A DNA stretch of 63,977 nt, filler included, from Trypethelium eluteriae (GCA_051942245.1; 3 parts of 3 records of this genome joined end to end with filler, not necessarily neighbours in it), one strand, 5' to 3'. Counted from the first letter of the whole stretch, positions 14,301 through 29,235 are shown. A program made the numbers and translations. The notes: generated by a model from the letters alone, not told the origin.

Positions 14301-16483
14301 TGTGTTCAGGCTTTCGGAGTTCGTCTGCGCTCGAATGTGAGTAAATCAACTAGTCTTTAGAGCTTGAGTGAAGTACGAGCCTTCAATTGTCCAAGATGGC
14401 GCATCAGGTAGCTGAGCTAGGTAATGGTCGAGATTTTTGATCTCAGCAAGAAATTCGGCGGAATCTTCCAGTAATTCTCGTCCCATACCAGTCCATTGAG
14501 CACCCTGCCCAGTGAAGACAAAATGGAGGCGAGGAGTCGCCCTGGGTCTGCTGAAGGGCGAGATTTCGGCAGGGTGTTCGCCATTCGTGACACAGATTGC
14601 TCGATGGCCGAGATGCTGCCGTCGAGCTCCGAGAGTGTAGGCCAAGTCAGCCAAACCAGCAGGATTAGCAGATGCATACTGCAGATGGGTCTGGATGCTC
14701 CGCCGGAGTGATTCGGGGTGATTGGCAGAGAATACAAGCAAGTGATACTTTGATCTAACGGAACTGCGATATACTCGTGGTGAAGGCGTAGGGACGAATG
14801 AGGATGCTGAGTCAACGATAACCTACTCCCATTAGCGACTAATTTTTGCAGAATTAGGGAGAGCTACGTGAGCATTTGCACCGCCAATCCCGAAAGAGTT
14901 CACGCTGACTCTCTCCTGACGATTTGTAGGCCATGGAGTAGGCTCGACAGGCACTTGTAGCTTAGCCTTTCCGAAGGGAACTAGCCAGAAGAATCAGTAA
15001 ATTGCTGCTTTGCTTCCATTCACCCCGACATACTTTTAGGATTAGGCTCTGAGAAATTGATATTCGGAGGAATGATCTTATGCTCCAATGCTAGTACCGC
15101 CTTGATCAAAGATGTGGCTCCTGAAGCGCCCTCTGTGTGCCCTACGTTCGGCTTCACCTGGATGTGCACAGGATGGATTAGCTCAGCAACATCGCACGTG
15201 ACGGTCCTCCCGAGTAGCACTCACAGAACCGATGAAAACACCTTGGCGACCGAACACGTTCGCAATCGCCGCCGCTTCCAATGGATCTCCAATCGCTGTA
15301 CCCGTCGCATGGCATTCAACGAAAGCCGTCTGGGAGACATCGTCAAGGTTGGCAATCCGATATGCTCTACGAATCATCGATTCATGGCTCTCGGAACTAG
15401 GATTCGCCATTCCTGCCGTACGGCCATCGCAGTTTGTCGCTGTGGAACGGATCACTGCTCTGATCGGATCTCCATCTCGCAATGCATCGCTGAGTCTCTT
15501 AATATAGACTGCGTTGATTCCTTCCCCTCGAGCGTAGCCGTCTGCCTTGGCATCGAATGATTTACACGACCCTGTCGGTGACAGAACGCCCTGTTCCGTC
15601 ATCCCAATAGTCATCGTGGGAGTAATGATAAGGTTTGTGCCTGCTACGATGGCAGATTCGCAGTCTCCATGGAGAATTGCCTGGCATGCCTCGTGCAGTC
15701 CAACCAGAGAGGAGGAACATGCTGTTCGGACCGTCACACTATTGCAATCAGCTTGGTAACGCACCGCAGATGCTGGTCAGACCTTGGACCCCCCAGATTA
15801 TATTCATACGACACCCGATTTGCAAGCACAAAGTCCGCCGAACCTGTAATGCGGTACATCCCGAGGTTTTGAGTATCTTTGGTGCTTAGATCCAGCCAAT
15901 CTTCCCCAAAAACACCAACGTAGCAACCAATGTTCTTACCACGCCAGCCTACTTGTCCAGCGTTCTCCATACACTCCCATACTACTTCGAGGAGTATGCG
16001 TTGTTGCGGATCAAGCCTCTCCACTTCTGTCTTGTTCATCGAAAAGAAAGAAGCATCCAGATGTTGCAGATTCGCATCCTGCAAAAAGTAACCATGCTGC
16101 GACTTGATTGTCCCATGTTTACCCGAAGAGCTCTGGAAAGCTTCGATGTTAAACCGGTCTCCAGGAACAACACAGCGACCATCCTTCTTCTGCACAAGAA
16201 GCTCCCAAAATGATTCCGCGCTCTTCACGCCTCCGGGGAGTCTCATTCCCATACCTACAATGGCGATTGGAGGTATCTCTCCCTGGACTTTGGTTGAGGC
16301 ACTGGGGGTGCCTCTACCGTCTGAGACAGGATTCTTGCTGTCTCCGGTATCCTTGACAGTTTTGCCAGTTTCTACCCCGTTCGTCTGGACTTCCCTCTTA
16401 TAGACTTCGAGATTGCACCCTGAGGTAAGTAGACCGTCATCTGTATCCGTGTGGGTACCATTCGGCCCCATGGGTTTCGACAT
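8304..16483 (-). CDS. Iterative highly reducing type I polyketide synthase (KS-AT-DH-cMT-ER-KR-ACP), about 12 exons
   Basis: [56 protein letters not shown]. c[54 protein letters not shown]. About 11 short introns join all fragments in frame; one needs a non-canonical site (14325-14380). Confidence 0.95.
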
Positions 16484-17871
16484 GGTTTGACAAAACCACG
16501 CGTTGCTAAAATGTGGGAATAGAAGGTGGGTCTAAGTAAAAAATGTATAGGTTTAATCCTTGACTCCGGTGCTCAGCAGTTGCTCATTCAGGTCGGCTTG
16601 CAATTTCTCATTTTATCTAGTACCAAATATATTGCCAGAATGTCACCTATATCTAATCTCGTCATGCCGGGAGCCGCCTGGGCGCAATTCTCTCCCGTCT
16701 AGCTTAAATCAACAATGCCATCTCTTCCTTATTTGTCAAGGAGTCTCAGATCCCACCCTGGTCTTGGACTTCATCTACGGCATCCAAAAGCCCTCCGTTG
16801 AGGAGCTTCCGTCTGCTTGTCCGACGAAGCTAAGCATTCCGTCAACCATTCACGACTCGTTGGGTGCGGCGTCTACACTATCGTGCGCCGGCATTGGCCG
16901 ATCAATCAACTACTATATGTTTCATCTCATCTCTACCTCAAGATCCGATCACCTGATATCGACCTAAACCATCTGCTCTTGAATCGCACTTCTAGGACGT
17001 CTCCAGGAAACCGCAACGTCTCTGGAGCTTGATGACTGTCCGAGGCGCGGAATCTCTTCTAGTTTGACGAAAGTGCCACTTAGGATATCTTGGAGTATTC
17101 AGACCTTTCTCTCTATCATGAATGGGAACAATGGGAAGATCATCAAAGCGAGCTAGGGCGAACTCCGTAGCTGCGCAGATTCGTAATGTCTACCCTCTAA
17201 ATCTGCTAATCCTTCATCGCTTCAAGCGTGATAAAATTTTACAGTGACAATGAAAGATCGATCCGTGACAAATAGCAGATACGGCACGACATCATCATCG
17301 CTCTATCGAGAAGACAATCCCCTTTTAGGTAGGCCGAAGCTAAAGCGGAGGCTTTTTCCTTTTTAAGCGAACACACGATTCGGGTTCTTTCATGGCACGG
17401 ACCATACACGTTGCTATCGGATCTTTCTCGACATTCTCACCATCTTCATCTTCTGTATGAAATTCTTTTTCCAACTACTTATACCTTCGCCCTCGTCATA
17501 TACCAGTCCGTATTCGGAACAAACAGACCTCGTCTCCCTTGGATGTTGTAGTCACCAACCCAGAACCAATCATCCCATTCTCCAGCTCAGTGTTCCCGTA
17601 AGTGGTCTGCGATACACTAGTAGGTTTACAGAAGATTCTCTACGATTTCTGAAACCCACGTATTCCAGCTGACAGGTGTACGTACAGGTAGAAGCTTAGC
17701 GAAACGCTAAGCAGTCGATCGTGGCCTGCCGGTTTCCGTAGTGGCGCGCTCCGCGCCTTATACCATTGACGCCACTCGTTAATCCTGCAAAGATATTACA
17801 AAGCTCAAAGGTCTTGCAGCTCCAAAATGATCATCAAGTATAGATTGTCTTCATGTCTGTGCGGCGGACGA

Positions 17872-18570
17872 ATGCTCCATGAGACGCTAGAACGCGTTTA
17901 CAATGATCTCACGACCGTGATACTGTGCCACTGACTCGACGGAGACAGAACCGAATAGTCCTCGTCTGCATCCGTGTTCCATAGGAGCAGAGTAGTATGC
18001 ATATGCAGCAGCTAACAACCCGACTCGTGCAAGCCTACCAAAGCGGCGGCTGAAGTTCAATTGGAACAAAAGTACCAGCGCAATCCTTTGCAACACCGCG
18101 CCGCAAATGCACATCTGGTAATTCTTCCCAACTGGGCGCTCGCACTCACCTGACGCATCCTTTACGATAGCCCAGTGTCTATTCCCGATTTCCTCTTCGA
18201 CTCGAGAAACTTCCGCTTTCGCTAGTCTTGCATCTGACTCGGAGACCTTCTCCTTGGGTACTGCAACTCAGTGCCCCTCGACGCCACCCTGGTATACATG
18301 TTGCTGTATACATAGGTATGCCCTTGGCATCTCCCCTTGCATAATCTGCGGATCGTCCCACCCCTTGTGGGTCCGATCGATCGGATCCGGGAGTTCCCAT
18401 GGGTTGAACGCGAGTCAGCACGCTTGCAAAACGATAGAGAGGAGGATCAACAAGATGAAGCGAGCCAACTACTACCAAGCCAGAGTCGCGGAAAGGTCCT
18501 GCATCCACCGCGCGAATGTGCCACACTCACTAGAGGAATGGAGGACAAACAGGAGCAAGCTCCTTTGTAA
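17872..18570 (+). pseudogene. Possible decayed ORF of unknown family
   Basis: One frame reads as protein-like through several stops: MLHETLERVYNDLTTVILCH*...NWALALT*RILYDSPVSIPDFLFDSRNFRFR*SCI*LGDLLLGY...IREFPWVERESARL. Confidence 0.3.
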
Positions 18571-18578
18571 GTGATGTC

Positions 18579-20042
18579 TTGCAGCTTAATCCAGACCCTC
18601 TCTCGATTGCAGCTTCACTAGATGCCGGCAGCGCGTCAGGAAGCGTGGGGGGGCCTCTCCATGGTATACTGTTTCTCATTAAGGACAACATCGCCTCTAA
18701 GGATCAGATCGAAACCACAGTGGGCAGCCTAGCGCTCCTTATATCAATAGTGCCCCGAGATGCTCATGTCGTCTCGAAGCTCCGAGCGGCTGGTAGAGTG
18801 CTTTTCGGCAAGGCGACCCTCAGTGAATGAGCAGACATGAGAAGCGACAACTATAGCGAAGGTTACAGCGGGAGAGGTGGTCAAGCTCGATCACCGTGTA
18901 ACCTTACCCTGATTCGAGACGGATCTAGCAGTGGTATCGCTGGGGCAGTAGCTGCGGATATCGTTCCAATCGGTTTTGGGTCTGAGACTGACGGAAGTGT
19001 GATCAATCCTGTGGAACAAAATGCGATAGTTGGAATAAAGTTCACGGTCGGATTGACATCTAGAGCCGGAGTGATTCCTGACTCTTTGAATCAAGACACC
19101 GTAGGAACCTTTGGAAAGACCGCACGTAATGCTACTTACGCTCTGGGTGCGACCTTTGGACTAGATCCTAGAGACAGCTATACCCTGGCCTAGATCGGGA
19201 AACCTCCAGCCAGCGGCTACATCCCATTTCTGACCAACAGATTTTCTCTCCAAAACGCTACCTTCGGCATCCCCTGGGAAACCTTCTGGGGCCTCGCCGA
19301 CCCAGAACAACAATCCCAACTCCTCACCATCATCTCCGTCATCCGCCCCGCCGGCGCCACCATCATCAATGGCACCGAGCCACCCAGCCGCAACCTGCTC
19401 GTCGACCCAGACGGCTGGATCTGGATGTACGGCGATACACGCCGCTTGCCTGACGAATCCGAGTACACCGTCGTCAAGACCGACTTCTACAACAACATCC
19501 GCGCCTACCTCGCCGAGCTGTCCAACACCCGCATCCGCACGCTCGAGGACATCATCCAGTACAATTACGACAATGACGGCACCGAGGGCGGCAACCCTTG
19601 GCCCCCAGGTATCCCGGCCTTCTATAGCGGCCAGGATGGCTTCCTCGCGAGTCTGGCGTCTAAGGGGGGGATAGACGAGACGTATAACCAGGCTCTTGAC
19701 TTCTACCACTATCAGTCTCGCGAGCGGGGGATCGATGCCATGCTTGCGAATAATGGACGTCCGCTAGATGCGGTGCTGGTGTCGCCGAATGTGGGATAGA
19801 TGTATTAGGCTGCGGTGCAGGCGGCTTATCCCGTCGTTACTATTCCTGGCGCAGTCAGCGAGGAAAATGGAATGCCGTTTGGGCTGGCGTTGATGGGGAC
19901 GGCGTGGAGTGAGGCGAGCTTGGTGAGGTGGGCGAGTGCGATTGAAGACTTGCAGTTTGCGAGTGAGGGAAAAGCGGGCGGAAGAATAGTGCCGAGGTTT
20001 TATGATTGTCTGAGGAAGAACGTACCAGTCGAGGGAGAGTAA
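18579..20042 (+). pseudogene. Amidase-signature family pseudogene; 5' part missing
   Basis: GPLHGI..LIKDNI, GKATLSE*ADMR, GSSSG, GSETDGS, PFGLALMGTAWSEASL. All in one frame, with stops at 18828, 19191, 19797 and 19806. Confidence 0.88.
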
Positions 20043-21684
20043 GAAGATGGGTGAGCTCAATTTCCCAAGTGTCCTCATGATTGTCTTTCAGTACAAGCTA
20101 ATACATCTCTGCAAAAATCAGACTCTTTCTGGATAGATGTCTGAATGTTAGAGAGTTCTGAGGTAACTTGAGCATTCGTGATATTGATAACGTACTCTCA
20201 GATTTGATATGGTTTCATGGTGCCTTTTCTCGGAAGAGGCTGCCTCCCCCTTAGAATTCTATTCTTTGGACTATTCGTCAGTCCAACGTAATCGACGTGT
20301 TAGGAATTTTGGTGAGTCCCTGATCTACCTCCTAAGCACGCTCAGCCCTTCAAGAAAGCCCCACATGATGCTGGTGTAAGCCTGCGATATTATGAGTTGT
20401 CTCCCAAAGCTCTCCTTTCAACGATGGTTCGTCCACATGACCACCCTTTCAACCTCAAGATTCTTTCAAATATCCAGCTTTTCAGACAACTCTGCCACGA
20501 TCTCTCTCAGTGATGTATCGCTGGCCACCTTCAAGCCTTTTCAATGCAGTGAGTATCGAGAATTACCCGTACGTTCTTGGTCCCTAACATTGAAATCAAA
20601 ACGAGCGTGTCCACTGATAAGTTTTAGTCTACGATGAACATCAGATACTGCGACTTATCTCCATTGCATTCTCGACCATGTGTCATGAAAAGTGAGGATA
20701 GAAAGCAAAGTTCAGAATACCAATTTGCTCTTCCGTTGCTCTCGCTTACGGCTGGTGAGAATTCCAGCTCTGCAACTTGGACAAGCCTGCTGCGAGAATG
20801 GTAACACAAGAACACTCGGTTAGAGGTAAATAGAGCACTGGAGCACTGATGCCTACAAGGCAAGTGTAGAAACGGTCGAGCAATCTGCTTAGCGCCCGGA
20901 GTTGCCGACAAAGGCAAACAGCCGCTATCAGTTTATATCTTTTGCGACATCCTATCTACATGCACCTCACTGAAATAGGGCGCATTGGTTAAAAAGGTAT
21001 CGTAGCGCAAATGGCACAAAAGCAGAATTTTTGCCTGTCACTCGGACCGATTAGCATCATCAAAACGTTTGGTCAATAATGTGCTGGGGCAGAATTTGAA
21101 AAGATCCTTGCTTCTAGTTTTTGATTTTGACAAGGGACTAGTGCTCTGCGATCCAAGCGCAATTCTCGATCCCTTGCGATTTCCAGCCCTCGGATGGCCA
21201 GGCTTGCCTTCGCCAAAAGGTGCAAAAGAGCCGCAATCCCATCCACCACCTTCGATCAATAAGTGAACTCGCCTCCACACGTCATTTACAAATCACGAGC
21301 CCTACAAGTCACATTGACTCTGGAGTTTGTCCACTGTCCACACCATCCTGACATTCGGAAATACCTGGTCTACCCCGCCCCACGAACTCACCTTCTTCAG
21401 CTTCTGTGGATACTTTAGATCTATTCTTCTTTACTAATACACGTCCAACAACTTTGAGTGAAATACTTGCATGAATAGCGCACGGCACAAGGGCCGGCGT
21501 GCTCGGATCGTCCAGCCTAAGTACCTCGTCCCGTCCCGCACCCCTTGATGATGTTCATGATGTTCTTCATGAAGTTGATCCAATCAACCTAGCCTACCGC
21601 GTAATCTCGCTATGCTCTACACGAGGGTCAATGCGCGAGATTCTCGAACCTACTACGTAGGTCCTCATTTTACTAGTTAATTAG

Positions 21685-21784
21685 NNNNNNNNNNNNNNNN
21701 NNNNNNNNNNNNNNNNNNNNNNNNNNNNTTAATTAATTAANNNNNNNNNNNNNNNNNNNNNNNNNNNNNNNNNNNNNNNNNNNN
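21685..21784. other. Artificial scaffold/contig linker
   Basis: 44 N + TTAATTAATTAA (stop codons in all six frames) + 44 N. Confidence 0.97.
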
Positions 21785-22305
21785 TGCGCCCCCTGCTCCA
21801 CCTCCACCCGCGCCGCCTCCGCCACCATATCCAGGCCCTCTACTTCCAGAAACCTTACTGCTCCGCTTAGGTTGGCGTTGCTGCTGCTGCGGAAAGAACA
21901 CGCCGCCAGAGCCAAGGGAGGAGCCGGCAGTGGAGGCGTAGGCTTGGGCTTGGGACTGGACTAAGGGATCAGAGGTAGCGTTGTCGCGGAGGACGGAGTG
22001 GAGGATGCTTAGGAAGTTGGCGTTTTCTTGGAGTGATTCTGGCGTCGGAGGGATAGAGGAGGAGGTGCCTATTGCGAGGGAAGGGTTCGGAGGCGAGCTG
22101 GGGAGGAGGGAGAGGAAATTCGTTGAAGGTTTGTGGTCCGAAGATGGATGGACATACTCGAGGGGCGTCAGTTGAATGCTGTGCTCTGCATGAGGCGCAG
22201 ACGTACGATGTGTGAATTATTGGGAAGAGTCGAGATGCTTCGTAGAGATAGGGAGGAATGTGATTGAAGGAGTCGGGTTGTCCGTCTAAGAAGTGATGCA
22301 GACAT
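21785..22305 (-). CDS. Conserved fungal hypothetical protein with mitochondrial-presequence-like N-terminus; 3' end lost in the gap; absent from the ORF track
   Basis: ATG 22305 MSASLLRRTTRLLQSHSSLSLRSISTLPNNSHI, intron 22206-22157, then YVHP..FLSLLPSSPPNPSLAIGTSSSIPPTPESLQENANFLSILHSVL..DPLVQSQAQAYASTAGSSLGSGG and a Gly-rich tract running into the Ns. Confidence 0.75.
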
Positions 22306-22972
22306 TATAGCGAGGATTTGAAAAGAATTGAGATGAAGTAACAATCAATTTTTCATGCTCAATCTATGTACAATGCAGCCCCTACCAGGTACAGGTGATG
22401 ATAAAATACCTCTTAGGTGAGTAAAGCTTTCATCTCTGATCCTTGTTTGTGACGCCATCGCCGGAACAACCGACGACACAATCCTCTGGCCCGAGAATTT
22501 CTTCAGACATGTTCCGCCATCACCAGATGTGTTTGACACAAAGGTTCATGTAATGATCTCCATCCGGAGCGCCCACCGGTGTGAGATCTAGAAGAGACGG
22601 TAGCACACAATGAAGCTACATACGATGCGTAAAAAGCAATGTTAAGATCCAGACTCGAGGACTTGGGTGGATCTTCATGAGCCTTTAGCTTCCCCACCAG
22701 GTCAGATGAGACCCTCAACAAATCATGTCCAGCAAATTGAGCCAGGTGCATTCCCGAGGCTTGAGGACGATGCCGGTCTCTAGAGACTCAGCTAATCACC
22801 TAGTCTACATGCTTGGCTTCGGGCTGGTACCGTTCTTTCCGTCTTTCTTTGAGACGCTATCTTTCTCTTGCATGAGTCTTTCCTGCCTGCTGTAAAAAGG
22901 TCTCTGTGCTCTCTTTTCAATCTTCCGTTATTTCTATTGTCCATATACGAATCCACGAACTTCACCGTCAGC

Positions 22973-24748
22973 ATGAATGCAGACGATATAGCAAGGGACG
23001 CCCACAACGCAGAGGCTTCAAGGCTGTCCCGCGACAACGAAAAGAGAACCAACTATCAAGAGCTTGAGATGGGGCCCGAAGACGTACCCAGTGCGAGAAT
23101 TGATAAAGTCTATAGGTAAAGTAGATCTGTTCAGCTTGTAATCTATTTTCCTGACAGTGATTAGGAAACTCGACATGAGGATCATACCAGGCACGATCTC
23201 TCTTCATCCCACGAACCCATTGGCCGTTTACTGACCCTGACCCAGCATTCTGGACATTGTACTTCCTCTGCTCCGCCATTCGCTCTAATGTCGGTCTCGC
23301 CCAAACCATGAATGAAGATTCTGGCCACGATCTCGCGTCGGTGCTGCATCTCTCTCCTAAGCAGGTCTCCACTGGTCTCGCTTTGTTCTACGTCTGTTAT
23401 GTCATCTTTGACTTTCCCTCCAACCTCATCATGTCCAAGCTCAGTCCCCATGTCTGGATGAGTAGGATCGTCATTGGCGTGGGTATCATTGGATCCTGTA
23501 TGGCTGCCATGAAAGCTGCTTGGAGCTTGTATCTTCTTCGACTGCTTCTTGGTATTGTCATTGCCGGTATGTGGCCGGGAATGTCGTACTATCTCACGCT
23601 CTTCTATCCTCCTTCACGTACTGGAAAGCGCATTGGATATTACTTCACTGCAGCACAACTTTCAGCTTCTGTGGTTGGTCTCGTCTCCGCTGGGTTTCAA
23701 GAAATGGACGGCTTGGAAGGGTTGGTTGGCTTTCAATGGATGTTTTTGATTTATGGAATCGTAGGCATCAGCGTTGGAATCGCGCTTCTGTGGTGGCTAC
23801 CAGACAGACCATTGAAGCCTGGCGAGACGCGAAACCGAGAGGGGTGGCGCAGATTCATCCCACAATCCCGGCCTGCATTGACAGGCGAGGACGCAAGACT
23901 GCATTACGAGGACTTGACAAGAGTGTACAAGAGAAAGGCATGGGGATGGAAGGATCTCCTGAGAGTTATGATGGACTGGCGACTCTGGCCCCTTGTTGTC
24001 ATGTATTTTGGCGTCGTGGGCGTTGGTATCGGCGTACAAAACTATGGCACCGTCATCATCCAAGCTATTAACCCGAGCCTGAGCGGCATCGACCTCAGTC
24101 TTCTATTTGCTCCAATTTGGATTGTAAGCCCCCCTTTCCCTTCCTACACTCCTACTCCTCCACCAAAACACTAACATATCTCCTCTCCAGTGCGACCTCA
24201 TAGCTATCCTGATCTCCATGCCCATCTCCGACCGCTACCATCACCACCGCCCGATTATCTTCTCCGCCGCCGCCCTCGTTCAGATCGCCGGCCTCCTCAT
24301 CACTACCTTCGCAGGCCCCACCGGCTCTTGGGCCCGCTATGTCGGTCTCCTCATCATTGGCTTCGGCCTCGGACCCACTGTCCCCAACGTAATGGCCTGG
24401 TCCAACGAAATCTTCCAGCCCCGCCACGGTGAGGTCGGCGTCGCGGCCGCCAGCGCACTCGTCAGTGGGCTGGGAAATCTCGGGAGTATCTTGACCACGT
24501 ATGCGTTGTATACGGGTTGGCCGGAGGACGAGAACAGTAGCCATCCGTTTCGGAAGAGCAATTTGGTGATGATCGGGATTCTGTGTGCGAGTATTGCGGC
24601 GGCAGCGTTGATGTTGGTGTTGTTGAGGGCATTTGGGGTGGAGAGGAACCTAGTGGAGGAGAGCGGCGACGACGACGCACTGCCGGATGGGGCAGCGAGA
24701 AGAGAGCAACAGGAAAGGGGTCTAGGGAGGCTGCGTTTGAGAGGGTAG
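22973..24748 (+). CDS. MFS transporter, ACS family, 4 exons
   Basis: KVYRKLDMRIIPAFWTLYFLCSAIRSNVG, RLLLGIVIAGMWPG, GFQWMFLIYG. Introns 23116-23164, 23191-23245 (GC-AG) and 24124-24190. Confidence 0.9.
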
Positions 24749-25313
24749 AGTTATATCCGAGGACTGCTTGGGGATTCGAAGCTGGCAATTGAACGCTTGG
24801 ATATTATACCACTGTAGCGAGTATACAGACGTTCACGTCTTGGTCTATAATCTCTGGACAGCCAAAACATTAGTTGGCCTGTTTTTGTACGCCATTCAGA
24901 CAAGCAAAATCTTCTCACTAGATTGGTTTCTAACGGGTGACGGACAAAGACAGAAGTTAAATTTTCAAAGCTATCTGCAAAAATAGGGCTCTAGCCCGCA
25001 TTGCCGCTAAGCGTTGTGAAAAATGCCAGGTGATTTCGATCTCAAGAAAGGCAGCCAAATATTAACAAGAAGCAGATGTCTTTCAAAAACCCACAAGAAC
25101 CTCCGAAATGATTTCCCACTTAAGCGAGGAAACCTCTATGTATCCAGCAGCTGTATCCCGATGCCTCATAAATCGTAAACATCTAACATGTTTGCGTGAC
25201 CCATCTCACCCCTTCAATCTTCACCTTCTCATCAATACGTGCGCTCACGCAAGCACTGTTTGTCTTCTTCGTTCCTTGTTTCATCCCGGATAGCCTTCCT
25301 TCCATCTGATCGC

Positions 25314-28214
<2,901 letters not shown>

Positions 28215-29235
28215 TCCGGCGATGGCGAGGGTTGTGGGAGTCCTAACACAATGGATGGAAGTCTTGTACCGCTAAATCAAGTCTATCTTATTTCAAGGCC
28301 TCTATTCTTGTCGATGCCTTGGACCAGGAAGTCAGCAGAAGGTGCGCAGGATTGGGTCAGCCTCGAGCATTGAATGTCGCGGGCCGTGGCATGCGTCGTA
28401 CGTGGATGCCCGTCCAGAAGGACAATCACATGAAAATGCGTAGCGAGAATGAGCGACACCCCGCGGCGAACACGCGGGTTCACCAAATCGCAACTCACTC
28501 GACGCGAAGGTAAGACAACTTTTTCATGACACGACGCCAGAGAAGACGGCAAGAAAAGCCAGGGTGATGACAAGAAGGATGACGGAGTGTGCTAGACTGG
28601 AGCGGTTCTAACAAGGGACGGGAGGATTGGGGCAGTTTGGTGGGCTGGTGCTGGTGGCGTCGTGTAGACTCTGTGGTTAGTTAGCGGGGTCCAAGAAGCT
28701 GCCAACCTTCTTCTGGCCAAGCTTCACACTCCGCTCAATCTTGCTCAATCTTGGTCAGTCTTCCAGGAACCACTCGCGCTATATCAATATGTCGTGCATT
28801 CAAGACGACATAGTCCATCCTCGTATTGGCCGTTCACCAGACTTTGTCAAGGGTGACACCTGGTCCTTGTGCCTTAGGTTAAACCATAACCCACAAAACT
28901 ATAAACCTCACCACCTCACTCTATTCTCTATCCTCTTTGTCGGGAAGAGCCGCGATTGGCGCCATTATTCGAAAGTCACAGAAATGTTCAGTATCTCGGA
29001 ATGGTATTTGAATCTCGATTCGATACTCCGTACGCGTTCCTTGGCAACTGAATCACACTATATGCTAAAATCGATGATGCCAGAGCGATGGCCACTTCCA
29101 CCCAGAGGCGCGATCCTAATGCGGTATCGGCCCTCACGAAATCCACCAACCTTATGCAATATGTCCCTGCTGAGGACTCGGGTGACCAAACGCTCCTCCC
29201 AAGAAACATGAAAAAGCGAAATTCGAAAGAACAAC

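Noticed and set aside
19161..19709. 182-aa antisense ORF, and similar ones such as 45740-46606, 38037-38549 and 25698-26177
   Set aside because: Shadow ORFs of GC3-rich or low-complexity genes on the opposite strand, with no motifs of their own.
18828..19808. Amidase stops as A-to-I editing or readthrough sites
   Set aside because: Three of the four stops stand at expected Gln positions, which editing to Trp would not restore, and many missense lesions accompany them.
21729..21740. TTAATTAATTAA palindrome repeated at 43504-43515, suggestive of a target site or element end
   Set aside because: Flanked by exactly 44 N on each side in both places; it is an assembly spacer with six-frame stops.
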